This document shows positions 43,130 to 53,672 of a stretch of 64,000 nucleotides of DNA, piece after piece. Position numbers and translations under genes: made by a program. Origin of the DNA: Naegleria gruberi (lineage: Eukaryota); assembly GCA_000004985.1 (NCBI GenBank), contig GG738867.1, one strand, 5' to 3'. Within the stretch, counting starts at the first letter, position 1, and each line of letters begins with the position of its first letter. Below the pieces are notes generated by a model. That model was not told the origin of the DNA, ran no database searches, and was given only the letters and a program-made list of their open reading frames with translations.

Positions 43130-44839
43130 TTATTCTCGATTATTGGTCATTTCTAATTTAAAACATAGAGCAAATACTTTGGAATTTTCTAATTGATATT
43201 CTAATATTATTTTGTCCATACAAAGAAATAGAGTTATTTCAAAGGATGGCGTTTCATTCCAAATTTGCTTAAATACTTTCTTTGGTATAGAGTCAGCAAT
43301 ATTAAATTTGGAAATGATATCGCCACTACTATTTCTTATCAGAAATATATCTCCATTGGATAGTAATCCACACATCAAGTCTGTTTCACTATCATAATCG
43401 AATGCTAATAATTCTGTTATGAAATATGAATCAACTCTTTTAGCAGCTCTCTTAGGTCTTTCTGTACTTGGATTATTTCTATTTCTTGAGACTAAACTCA
43501 TAATATTGATTTCATAATTCAATACCAATTCGTTAGATCTCTTATTAACCGAAATATTTCTGATAAAATTAGGATGAATGAAAATAATTCTTTCATATCT
43601 GTCTACCATTAATTCTGGGCTCACGGCTACACCTGTTAGTTTTTCATTGAACATGATCAAATCGTGTGGATCATTAATTTTACATAGCCTGTTGTTTTCT
43701 GTTTTCTTTTGATTGATTGCCCAGAGCTCATATCTTAGTTTGTTATTTTCTTTGAGTTTTTGAAGTGTTGTAATTGCACCTGGTATTGAAACATCAAAGT
43801 AAATGAAATCAGATTTCAATATTACTTTACAAAATCCATTAGTATTCAATTGAATAATTCCATTACTAGATGTATAATTTTTGTAACACTTTGGTTTTGC
43901 TGAAGAAAATGCCAATAATGGATAGCTTATTGGTATTGAGGTGTCAATCGTCATTAATGGAAGAGAATTCGGATCAATATCAAGAGTTATTGGTATTCTC
44001 TTTTTCATTCCATAATAATCTTGAACAAGATCAATATCACTTGCCAATAATGTTGTAAAATTTTGAATAAATTGATCTAGATTATAAATCTTGATTTCAT
44101 CATTCTCATATCCAAGAAACATCATTGAACTTTGTAAAGAAACTGTTGATAACTGTCGGCCGAATACATTCCTCTTTAGAAGAAACTTTGTTTTTAATCC
44201 GAATGAATGTGAATTCTTCTTAAAATTCAACACAGTTATTTCAATAGCACTTCTATCTTTTAAATTTGAAACAAAATAAATTGATTCATAATGATGATTA
44301 ATTCTAATTTTCGTTAAACCAACTGAGGAATATTCCGACTTTTGAGACCCCAAATATAAATACAGAGGCATATTATCCTCTTTAATTACCTGACTATTCT
44401 CACTATTAAAATGATAGAGATAATTTGATTTTGTAAGGCAAATGGTTTGATTCCAATAAGAACTTGATGGATTTGAAATAACCATCACATCACAAATCTT
44501 ATCATCCAATATTTCCTCACTATTCTTTTTCTTTTTTCCAGTTGATTTCGTATCAAGACTAATGTTATGAAATAAATTACCATCATCATTATAAACTTTC
44601 TTATAATTAGTTGTAAAGAATTTCTCTGCAAATACAATATTATCCTTATCTTTCAAATGATAATTATAATTATATGAATATAATTGGGATTGAATCATTG
44701 ATTCGGAAAGTATTTCCTTGTAATGAAATGCATCAGATGCATAATAATTATGAGGATTTTTCTTTGACTGATCCCTAAAATCAATGGAACGATTGAATAA
44801 TTTTCTACAAAGTGACATTCTATTATCCTGTTGTTGCAT
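43130..44839 (-). CDS. Hypothetical protein, 569 aa, single exon
   Basis: Long minus-strand ORF with ATG start (MQQQDNRMSLCRKLFNRSIDF...). Non-repetitive composition. No family recognised. Confidence 0.45.
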   Translation of the reverse strand: MQQQDNRMSLCRKLFNRSIDFRDQSKKNPHNYYASDAFHYKEILSESMIQSQLYSYNYNYHLKDKDNIVFAEKFFTTNYKKVYNDDGNLFHNISLDTKSTGKKKKNSEEILDDKICDVMVISNPSSSYWNQTICLTKSNYLYHFNSENSQVIKEDNMPLYLYLGSQKSEYSSVGLTKIRINHHYESIYFVSNLKDRSAIEITVLNFKKNSHSFGLKTKFLLKRNVFGRQLSTVSLQSSMMFLGYENDEIKIYNLDQFIQNFTTLLASDIDLVQDYYGMKKRIPITLDIDPNSLPLMTIDTSIPISYPLLAFSSAKPKCYKNYTSSNGIIQLNTNGFCKVILKSDFIYFDVSIPGAITTLQKLKENNKLRYELWAINQKKTENNRLCKINDPHDLIMFNEKLTGVAVSPELMVDRYERIIFIHPNFIRNISVNKRSNELVLNYEINIMSLVSRNRNNPSTERPKRAAKRVDSYFITELLAFDYDSETDLMCGLLSNGDIFLIRNSSGDIISKFNIADSIPKKVFKQIWNETPSFEITLFLCMDKIILEYQLENSKVFALCFKLEMTNNRE

Positions 44840-45086
44840 TTTTTTTTACTTTGAAACAACTAAAATTTTGGTAACACCCAAGTTTGTAAGAAATGTTGTA
44901 AAAATATTTCAGCACCATTTGAATTTAAATGAGTTTTTGCTTAATTTTCTCTATTCGGTTAGTATGAGAATTTGTACCATTTTTGAATTCTAAAATTGAA
45001 TCGAGACCGTGATGATTCATTGTAAGTTGTTCTTATAATTTTGGCGGTAATCTTTTCACGTTTTTTAATTTAATAATAATAAAAAA

Positions 45087-46192
45087 ATGCCAAATCTCTC
45101 GGCAATGTTTGCCAACTTGACGAAGGGTCTTCGTGATGGAATGAATTTTCCATTTGCGATTGAAATTTTTGCAAAGTCAAAGACTTTGAAACCACTATTT
45201 GTGCAATGTTTTATTTTGAATGGATTTTTATTTGTTGGAAGTATTATATTTTTCGATTATATTGCTGCTCCATTGTTTGATTCTGCAAGTTCTTCTTCGG
45301 GTGCTCTGAATAATATAAATAATGATAATAGTATGGATGTATCGGGAGGTTCTTATGATTATATTTCTATTATACTTGGAGTTTTATTTGCTAGTTTGAA
45401 GAATGTATGTTGTTGTAATATTAGGTAGTTGTGGTGGATGATTTATTTCGGATTAATAGTTATTTTGGATTTGGCCTCTTTATACTATCAGTTTTATTCT
45501 TTCTGCTTCGTGGTATGATGGAATTGCAGAACATGTTGCTAAAAAACTCTCACTTCACACAAGAGCTGCCAACTCGAATACAAATACGAATAGTTTGGAT
45601 TTTAGAAGGTAATTATTTGAAATTTAAATGAAATTCTCAATTTTGAATATTATTAGTAATATTATTAAGAAAATTAGTGACCTTATTTATAGGCCTATTA
45701 TTTTCTTGGTATTTGTAACTCAAGCCTCATTACTCTCCTTAATTCCAATGGTTGGAACTGTGGCAGGTTTTGTTTTATATAGTTGGCTTTATGCATTTTA
45801 TGCATTTGAATATGTATGGTCTTATAAGGGATATTCATTGAAGAAGAGAATTAAGTATTTCGAAGAAAGATGGGGTTATATGCTTGCTTTTGGTGCGCCA
45901 AATGCCTTAATATCAAATTATTTCCCATTCTTTTTATCTTCAGGTGTTTGGGCCATGATTTTCCCAATTGTAAGTTTATTGAAATTTAATTATTGAATAT
46001 TTAATAATTTTTTAGTTTATTGTTTTAGCAATGGTAAGCAAACCACCATCAGCAAGTGAAGTTGAAAGTGAAAATCTGAAACCATTTAAAATCTTCGCTA
46101 CAGCAATTCAATTTTCTAGCTGGATTCTTAACCTTGTTAAACGTGTTGTTCAAAATCAAAATCAAGAACAACCAAACAAAAAGGAGGATTAG
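45087..46192 (+). CDS. ei24: EI24 (etoposide-induced 2.4 / autophagy-associated transmembrane protein) homolog; internal exon structure unresolved
   Basis: N-terminal exon 45087..45404 (MPNLSAMFANLTKGLRDGMNFPFAIEIF...ILGVLFASLKN). A middle region in track frame 45628.. (...ISDLIYRPIIFLVFVTQASLLSLIPMVGTVAGFVLYSWLYAFYAFEYVWSYKGYSLKKRIKYFEERWGYMLAFGAPNALIS...IFPI) ends at a GTAAGT donor at 45970. The terminal exon is 46016..46192. The blocks are collinear with human EI24 (...[85 protein letters not shown]...). Confidence 0.6.
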
Positions 46193-46229
46193 TGTAAAAT
46201 ATTGAAATTCTGTAAATATGTAAAATATA

Positions 46230-48584
46230 TTAGTTATCAGATCTTAATGAATAAAGAATAGCGCAAACAGTTGCAATAAAAGGTAAAACAACCATCCATT
46301 TGAAGAAGGAGAAGAATGAAATGTTAAAGCTCAATGTGATATGGTCAGTGTATAATTGACTAAATTCGTTTCTCATTTCAACAGAAACCATAGTGTTATG
46401 CAATCTGTCTTCAGGAGAAGTCAATTCAACTCTGTATGAACCTGGTTGAGTGTACTTTTGTTCGAAAAGAACTTTAGAGGCACCAAGAACAACACGAACA
46501 TCATAGGTAATTGGAAGATGATCTTTGGAATTCTTTCTGTTATCAATAATTTCGAATTCAATGGCAAATTTGGATCCAACAATATCCTTATATTCTCTGT
46601 TTTTGATATAAATACCATACAATCCGTTTCTATACTTGAATCCATTCTCGAATTGCATTTGGTAAGCAGTTGTTTTAAGTGGGTGGTATGGTGATTCAGT
46701 AGACAAACAGATAAGATTACCGTTCATAGTACTGACAAGGAGATCAAGTTTTCCATTTCCAGTTAAATCATCAGCAAGAACTTGACTGTATGATTTTTCT
46801 CCAATATCAACCTTATCAACGCAACCACTCTTACCATTAACAATATACAAATATCCATCAAATGAAGGCAAAACAATATCGAGAGAATTATCAGATCTTG
46901 TTCCATTTGACAAATCAATAAGGAGTGCAGGACTGTAAATTGATGAGCCAGTCTTAACCGGGAAGTGTGGTAAAACTTTACCAGTTTCACCTGAAACAGC
47001 CCAAATATGTCCAGTTGATGTACCAACAACCAAATCCAATTTACCATCACCATCAACATCACCAACAGTTGGAGCTTGAGCAGCTGATCCTGAAAGTCTT
47101 TGAGACCAAATTTCCTTACCCTTACCATCGAAACAAACAAGGTTAGAGTTAAAATCAACAGCACAAATTTCAATATATCCATCTTGATTGATATCTTCAG
47201 CAATAACTTGTCCTTGAATTTCACCCATCAAAACTGGGAATCCATCCAATAATTTTCCTTGATTGTTATAGGCATAAATCCATCCCAATCCAGTACCAAC
47301 AATAACATCCAATGATCCATCACCATCAATATCGGCAACAGTTGGATTACCATAGATATAAGCCTTTTGTTTAACATTATCTGTTGTCATATCAAGGTGA
47401 GCATGCCATTTAATTTTTCTTGTAGATAAATCATAAACAGCAATGCCACCTGCTACATATTTGTCCATATCAATATCAACGTCAAGCTCAAACATATTTT
47501 GATGATAATATTCTCTATCATAGAAATATGAAACTGATGCGATCAATTCTTCCTTTCCATCATTATCAATATCAGCAATAACTGGTGTAGATAAGATGTG
47601 AGCATCTACAGTAATAAATTCCTTTCCATCTTTTTTAACAGTAGTGTGATGAGAGAAATGTTTGTGTTCTACTGATTCAATTTTTTCTCCAATGAAAGGT
47701 CTCAAAGATTGAGGAGTGTGAACTTTTTGTTGAACTAATGAAAGAGATGCTCTTGCTTCTGAGCTCAATGATCCTTCTGTTGAAGTTGGAGCCTTTGCAA
47801 CTTGAAGTAATTTTCTCTTTTGCTTGGAACGAGTTCTTGGATTTTCTTTTGGTGTTTCTTTAGGAGCATCCTTTGGCTTATTCTTAGCAACCTCAGCATG
47901 CTTTTCAGATTCCTTTTGTGAGAGAGAAATAGATACATCAAATTTTTCATTTTCCAAACCCTTATACCAGAATTTATCTACCATTAATCCTGGAACTGCA
48001 AATGTCTTATCACTGAGTAATTCACCTTTCCAATTGAAAAACAAAATTTCACCATTTGCTGTGGTAACAACAATATCTTTGATATTATCACCATCAATAT
48101 CGTGAAGAACAATTGAAGAGTGAGAGGCAAGTTGGCTATGAGCATAAGGCCAATGGCTGTTACCTTCCTTGTGTTCAGCTCCACTATCACCATTTAAAAC
48201 TTGAATGTAGCGAACAAATGTTGGTACAACAACAAATTTCTTGTCTCCATGTTGATTTGATTTTACATTCATCAAATTTGTAATGATCGGTGTTTGATAG
48301 ACGGAACTATCTACATTGGATCTCCATGTGATACCAACATCAAGTTTACATTTTCCTTTGTTTCTAATCTTTGTTGCATCAGTGTTATGTTTAACATCTT
48401 CTGCCGAGACGGCTGTAGTTTCTGAAAATTTACTCTTTGGTTGATCAGCATCTTTTCTAATAGGTTTTGATTGTTGGGCATTCACATGATCAATAATAGA
48501 AAGGCTATTCATCAAAATAAATAAGCCTAAAATCAAAGCGATGAAGGGCAGCAATGATTTAGCCCCGATGCTTTTCGTGAACAT
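46230..48584 (-). CDS. FG-GAP repeat protein (DEX1 / ITFG-like), signal peptide and C-terminal TM
   Basis: 784-aa single ORF with N-terminal hydrophobic signal and repeated DIDGDG..D / DVDGDGKLD calcium-binding-like FG-GAP motifs (ADIDNDGKEE, VADIDGDGSLDVIVGT, EDINQDGYIE, VGDVDGDGKLDLVVGT, DDLTGNGKLDLLV). There is a C-terminal TM segment. Confidence 0.55.
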   Translation of the reverse strand: MFTKSIGAKSLLPFIALILGLFILMNSLSIIDHVNAQQSKPIRKDADQPKSKFSETTAVSAEDVKHNTDATKIRNKGKCKLDVGITWRSNVDSSVYQTPIITNLMNVKSNQHGDKKFVVVPTFVRYIQVLNGDSGAEHKEGNSHWPYAHSQLASHSSIVLHDIDGDNIKDIVVTTANGEILFFNWKGELLSDKTFAVPGLMVDKFWYKGLENEKFDVSISLSQKESEKHAEVAKNKPKDAPKETPKENPRTRSKQKRKLLQVAKAPTSTEGSLSSEARASLSLVQQKVHTPQSLRPFIGEKIESVEHKHFSHHTTVKKDGKEFITVDAHILSTPVIADIDNDGKEELIASVSYFYDREYYHQNMFELDVDIDMDKYVAGGIAVYDLSTRKIKWHAHLDMTTDNVKQKAYIYGNPTVADIDGDGSLDVIVGTGLGWIYAYNNQGKLLDGFPVLMGEIQGQVIAEDINQDGYIEICAVDFNSNLVCFDGKGKEIWSQRLSGSAAQAPTVGDVDGDGKLDLVVGTSTGHIWAVSGETGKVLPHFPVKTGSSIYSPALLIDLSNGTRSDNSLDIVLPSFDGYLYIVNGKSGCVDKVDIGEKSYSQVLADDLTGNGKLDLLVSTMNGNLICLSTESPYHPLKTTAYQMQFENGFKYRNGLYGIYIKNREYKDIVGSKFAIEFEIIDNRKNSKDHLPITYDVRVVLGASKVLFEQKYTQPGSYRVELTSPEDRLHNTMVSVEMRNEFSQLYTDHITLSFNISFFSFFKWMVVLPFIATVCAILYSLRSDN

Positions 48585-48805
48585 TTTTTTGATTGCAAAA
48601 ATGTTTTACTTCATCACAATATGCTGTGTGGCTCTTTCTAAGAGGAGGTTTTGCTTACGTGTTTTTCAGTGTAATTATTAATATTAATATTAAATATATT
48701 AAATTAAAAAGTGTATTACAATATATTATACATGACTATTACAGCTGATTGAGTGGTTCATTAGCTAAGTTACTACTACACCTTCAATTTAATTGAAAAG
48801 AAAAA

Positions 48806-51151
48806 ATGTCGCAAACAATTACTTGTTTAGATTTAGTAGAAGAAACTCTAAAGGTTAATTTGGATCATTTTCTTCGGAATGGTCAAGTTGAAGAGTGTTT
48901 TGAAAGATCTAGATATGATCAGTTTTTATCATTCCTCGATAAGAATATTTTCAATCAAGTTTGTCAAGCTAATAGTAGTCATCTATTCATTTCAAAGGCT
49001 GGATTATATGCAATTTATAATACTTTATTTGTTTTAAATAAGAGTGAAGAGTCATCACCTATTCTATGTATGAAAAGATGTATGATTATTACATTGGGAA
49101 TGTTTTATAGAAATGAAGGATTATTCAATGAACATTATTGGACATTGCCGACCAATGAAAAGATTGAAAATAATTTATTTAAGAATTACATGATTGAAAT
49201 GTTGAGAATTAATGAATCTTCTATGGATTTTACAATGAATTTAGATGATGTTGATTTTTTGAAAACTTCAATATTCAATTCTCTTTGTACATTCCTTGAT
49301 TGCCACAACAGTTCAATGAATTGGTTCACGAATGAGATTGATTGCTTTGAGACGATTTTTAAACATAATATTAAGAGTGAAAATATATATTTAAGACAGG
49401 CATGTATACAGTGTTTACTATTAGTTTCGCAGTATTGGTATCAGAATGGAAAGGGGGATTTTCTAATCAGAAAGATTTTAGATTTATTGGAACCTTTTAA
49501 GAAGGAAAATATTTTAGAATATTTGGAATTTATTCTTCAATTAGTAACTCTGAGTTTTAATGACCATAATAATACATTTGATTTTACAATGATGAGGCCT
49601 TTGAGTACAACCATTCTTCAAGAGGTTCTGCTACAAACAAAACTGATTGAAATTTTGATTCAGGATGATTCTATTTCTGAGACACATGATTTGAGAGTTG
49701 TAGAAAGGCTATACGACATTTTAATTTACCTTTCTAATCACTCAAGTGTTGAGAATTCAAATTCATTGCTAAAGTTATCAGGTCCATGTGATTCTATTGG
49801 ACATACAATTGAAATTATTCAACTATGCCTTTTATCAAATGATAATGGATTCCAAGAAATTGGTATCAAAATTATTTCCAACTTTTCCAAAGAAATTTTA
49901 TTTATTAAGCTTGCAGACAAGATTATTCCACTCATGTCAATACTAATCAATATGTGGAAATCTCTAATTAATCCAGAAACAAACTCTTTCACCAACTTTA
50001 CCTTTATGAGCATGAAACAAAAGGGAAAATTTATTTTAGGCATAACCAAATGTCTCACTAGATTCATTAATGATAAATCCATCTCAAATCTATTTGAAAA
50101 AATGGCTCTACAGAATACCATTATTGAAACTGCTAGATTGTACGATCACATTAATAATCCCCTTTGCTCTAAAGTATTTGAGTTACTGTATAGTTGGTCC
50201 TACCACTCAAATATTCAACTTGATACTGAGCATTCTAATTATTTATGGTTTCTTTTTCACAACACACTGGTACCAAAGACATTCACCGTAGTTAGCAAGA
50301 TTATTCCACTTGTATGTTTGGATGAAGAGCAAACATTTGCCATTGTATCTGATAGATGTTTGGATATGAATTGGGAAATACGTGATTCAGTAATTGATTT
50401 TTTAAGATTTATATTTATTGAGAGCAATAATCATCCTTCATTCTTAAAGATTGCAAATTATTGTTGTGAAAAGCAATCAGATCTCCTTAAATTAATTGAC
50501 CAAAAGCTTGTTGACAAGGAACACTTTGTTGTACTCATGACCTTCAAAGCTCTCTATTCAATGATACTATTTATGGTTAATTCAAAGAAATCACCAATGA
50601 CTATTCAATTTTTAATCAAAATATTTGAGACAGCCAACCAGAACACAGAATATTTCATTAAGAAGGAAGCTATTGAGATTTGCAAAAACTTGATTGTCAA
50701 AAAGGTAATAACACTGACTGACATTTTAGAAAATCCAACTATGGTGAAGTGTATATCAACTGTTGTTGAGTTTTCATCAATGGAATGTGATGTTGAGGTA
50801 GCCAACCAATTTTTACAGTTATCGAATGTTATCATTAATTTACAAGATCAACCTATTGCACAAGTTCTACAATTTCTGATAGAAATTAACTCTACACCAG
50901 TCATTAAGGAATATTTCGAAAATACCATGGTTGAAAGTAACAATAATCTATCCATTTCAATAATTGCGAACATTTCAAGACAATTATCAAATCTTCCACT
51001 TTCATCTCCTCTTCTTAACCATTCATTCTGTGAGTTCATTCAATCTTGCCATACTTCCCTCCATCATCACGATAATCACCACGAACATGTTTCTCTAGTT
51101 CAGGATTTCTTTAATTTTGACAATGATGATTATGATTGTCAGTGTTGTTAA
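48806..51151 (+). CDS. Hypothetical large alpha-helical (HEAT/ARM-like) protein, 781 aa
   Basis: Single ORF with ATG in an A-rich context. Leu/Ile-rich helical composition. The C-terminus is His-rich and ends in CQCC. No family recognised. Confidence 0.45.
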   Translation: MSQTITCLDLVEETLKVNLDHFLRNGQVEECFERSRYDQFLSFLDKNIFNQVCQANSSHLFISKAGLYAIYNTLFVLNKSEESSPILCMKRCMIITLGMFYRNEGLFNEHYWTLPTNEKIENNLFKNYMIEMLRINESSMDFTMNLDDVDFLKTSIFNSLCTFLDCHNSSMNWFTNEIDCFETIFKHNIKSENIYLRQACIQCLLLVSQYWYQNGKGDFLIRKILDLLEPFKKENILEYLEFILQLVTLSFNDHNNTFDFTMMRPLSTTILQEVLLQTKLIEILIQDDSISETHDLRVVERLYDILIYLSNHSSVENSNSLLKLSGPCDSIGHTIEIIQLCLLSNDNGFQEIGIKIISNFSKEILFIKLADKIIPLMSILINMWKSLINPETNSFTNFTFMSMKQKGKFILGITKCLTRFINDKSISNLFEKMALQNTIIETARLYDHINNPLCSKVFELLYSWSYHSNIQLDTEHSNYLWFLFHNTLVPKTFTVVSKIIPLVCLDEEQTFAIVSDRCLDMNWEIRDSVIDFLRFIFIESNNHPSFLKIANYCCEKQSDLLKLIDQKLVDKEHFVVLMTFKALYSMILFMVNSKKSPMTIQFLIKIFETANQNTEYFIKKEAIEICKNLIVKKVITLTDILENPTMVKCISTVVEFSSMECDVEVANQFLQLSNVIINLQDQPIAQVLQFLIEINSTPVIKEYFENTMVESNNNLSISIIANISRQLSNLPLSSPLLNHSFCEFIQSCHTSLHHHDNHHEHVSLVQDFFNFDNDDYDCQCC

Positions 51152-51183
51152 AGAAGAAAATTAAGATTAGAGAGGAAAATAAA

Positions 51184-52725
51184 TTATTTACTGGAATTGA
51201 AAAGTACACTCGCTTTCTCAATTTGTTGCTGTACATCAGTTAAGGTATAGTTCTTTTGCTCAATAATAAAAAATAGTTCTTTTTCAGCAACAGACTTTAA
51301 GGCAACCCAACCTTCTTTCTTGTTTTTCAGAATAATTTCTTTTGCCTGATTACTATTAAGGAAATTGTTTCAATTCAACATTAAAGACAATAATATACTT
51401 ACACTTTCAATTGGGAACGTATGGTACACAAATTTTGAAGAGTTTCCTTAAGTGCCAATGATGGTGTTTGCATGTTGAGACTTGTTTTAAGAGCCAAACT
51501 CGAACCATTAAAGAAAATATATTTCAAAACACTATCACCACTATTTTAAAGAAGTATGTAATCAACAAAATTATCACAATTGTTTAAACTTACTTTTTGA
51601 AAATATAATCAGATAGTGTCTTGTAAAGATTGTTAATATCCTCATTCAAATAATCTCTCAAACTCGTGTAAAATGTTAAATTTGAGCAAACTGTTGGATC
51701 CACGAATAAAACTAATTGAAGTCTATTCATCTAAATATCATAAGTTAATATTTTGTACTTGTATTATGAAATATTCTTACCTTGTAAATAATAACATTTG
51801 ATCCTTCTGTTAAATCACCATTAATAAATACTTTTGGTGCACTGAATCGTGTAACTGAAGATTGAATATCCTCTGGACCAGTTATGAAAATACCAGAGGT
51901 AGTATTTGCATTCTGAGAATTATACTTGACTCTCTCATCAATAATATTGGAAAGATATTGTGAAATAATTCTACTCTCCTCTTGAGAAATTCCATTATAA
52001 ACTAAATATGAATCAAAAATAAATAAACATCCTCTAATTACTTCATCCCTGCTCGATGAATTTGGTATTTTAGCTTTAGATTTAAATGAACTGAATTTTG
52101 AAACAACTTGATTGATAAATGATTGAATACTGAGAAAATCATTTGGTAAAATTGGAAGATAATGAACTCCTCCAAGAATATCAAAAATATTCCAATTATT
52201 GAAACTTGCATTCTTCCAGTAATTTTCCAAAAACAAGTCCATAGTTGCTCTCAAAGATTCAATACCATTTGTATTCACAATATTATCCATTTCACCATGA
52301 AATATTCTAAATGTTCTATAGGCATCTTGTAATTTAGATTTTAATAATAAATAGGGTAAATTTCCGTCATTATAAACAGAAAAATCTTGAATTGGACCAG
52401 TTGTACTCAAAGCTGTAACGCCCTGATATGTGTGTTTAACAAATAATGCCATCCAATAACCTGGTTCAGGTTCAATAAATACAAATTTTGAATTATCAGT
52501 AAATAGCGAATCACAAACTGTTTCCGATCCAAATGTTTTTGAAAAGTGTGTCAATGCTTCCACAACACCAACACTAATCATCTTGTCGTTGAGTGGTTTG
52601 TTTGGTGGAAAATATCCAATAATTTTCAAATAATCATCCTCTTCGGCTCTTCCTTCAAATTTTCTATTAAAAACAAAACATTTTTCAAATTGAATGACAA
52701 TATCATCCACATTTGATGATGACAT
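51184..52725 (-). CDS. ccz1: CCZ1 (Mon1-Ccz1 Rab7 GEF subunit) homolog, 4 exons
   Basis: Exons on the minus strand are 51781..52725, 51594..51730, 51403..51540 and 51184..51352, with introns of 50, 53 and 50 nt and GTAAGA/GTAAGT donors. The blocks CFVFNRKF, SVGVVEALTHFSKTF, SIQSFINQVVS, FITGPED...PKVFINGDLTEGSNVIIYK and the C-terminal KEIILKNKKEGWVALKSVAEKELFFIIEQKNYTLTDVQQQIEKASVLFN align in order with human CCZ1 (FFIYNP, NVGLCEAIVQFTRTF, KIQSFINRMEE, FLTGP...PKIFVNTDDTYEELHLIVYK, EEIIVKAMSDYWVVGKKSDRRELYVILNQKNANLIEVNEEVKKLCATQF). Confidence 0.75.
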
Positions 52726-52802
52726 TTTTTTACAATTTAATCAAATAATAATTTAATTATTATTTATTATAATATCTACACATAGCAAACAATATTGTAC
52801 AA

Positions 52803-53280
52803 TTATCCTGGAGGCCATTTGAGTTGTCTACCACCAATCATGTGAATATGGAGATCTGATTTTCATATAAATTCATTAAATTGATAAAATTAAGAGTAAG
52901 AACAATCCACAAAACAATAATCACTTCTACTTACAGTTAATAGATTGTTGTCCATGAATACCACTGTTAATAACCAAACGATAACCATCCAACAAATCTT
53001 CTTGCTTGGCAACTTGACCAGCAACAAACAACAAGTGTCCCAAAGCAGGGGCATCACTTTCAGTAGTAGAATGAACATTACCAACTTGCAAAACCTTGGA
53101 AATGATCAAATAGTGAGCAGGGGCTTGTGGATTAATATCCTTGAAAGCAAGAGTCTTATCGTCCTCATAAACTTTAGCACAAGCCAATTCACCACGAGCA
53201 AACTTGGCAAACAATGTTTCACTTGGATTAACAGCAAGATGATCGGCTGATACTCCAGGCTTCTCTCCCGAACTACTCAT
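52803..53280 (-). CDS. hint: HINT (histidine triad nucleotide-binding protein), 2 exons
   Basis: Exon 1 52935..53280 (MSSSGEKPG...TLFAKFARGELACAKVYEDDKTLAFKDINPQAPAHYLIISK...GHLLFVAGQVAKQEDLLDGYRLVINSGIHGQQSIN). The intron is 79 nt (GTAAGT...aaaatcag). Exon 2 52803..52855 (YLHIHMIGGRQLKWPPG*). The splice restores the histidine triad HIHM and the conserved C-terminal GGRQ..WPPG. The track ORF begins further upstream at an alternative start. Confidence 0.8.
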
Positions 53281-53672
53281 TTTGTATGATGATGAAGTAT
53301 GAAAGTATGAAAGACTTGTATTTTTTTGATGATGAATTAAAGATTGAAAGGCTTGATGAGATTCATTCCGAGAAAAGATTGTCATCATGATGTGATTTCA
53401 AATGAAGAAATTTGTGTGTGTGGTTTTTATTAAGTCGACAGTTATGGAAGATTATAGATTACTAACCTTTTGATGGTGATCGGAGAGATGATAAAACACC
53501 CCTACCATTACTAATTCCAATTTTTTTCATTTTAATTTATTAAAGTTAATAATCAATTAATAGTAACAAAATAGTATTGATTGAACAATTATTTAAATGT
53601 GATGGTTGAAGTTCAAGCCAAACAATTAATTGAAATCATTGTAAAACAAAGCCAGGATTAGTTCGAAAAAAA

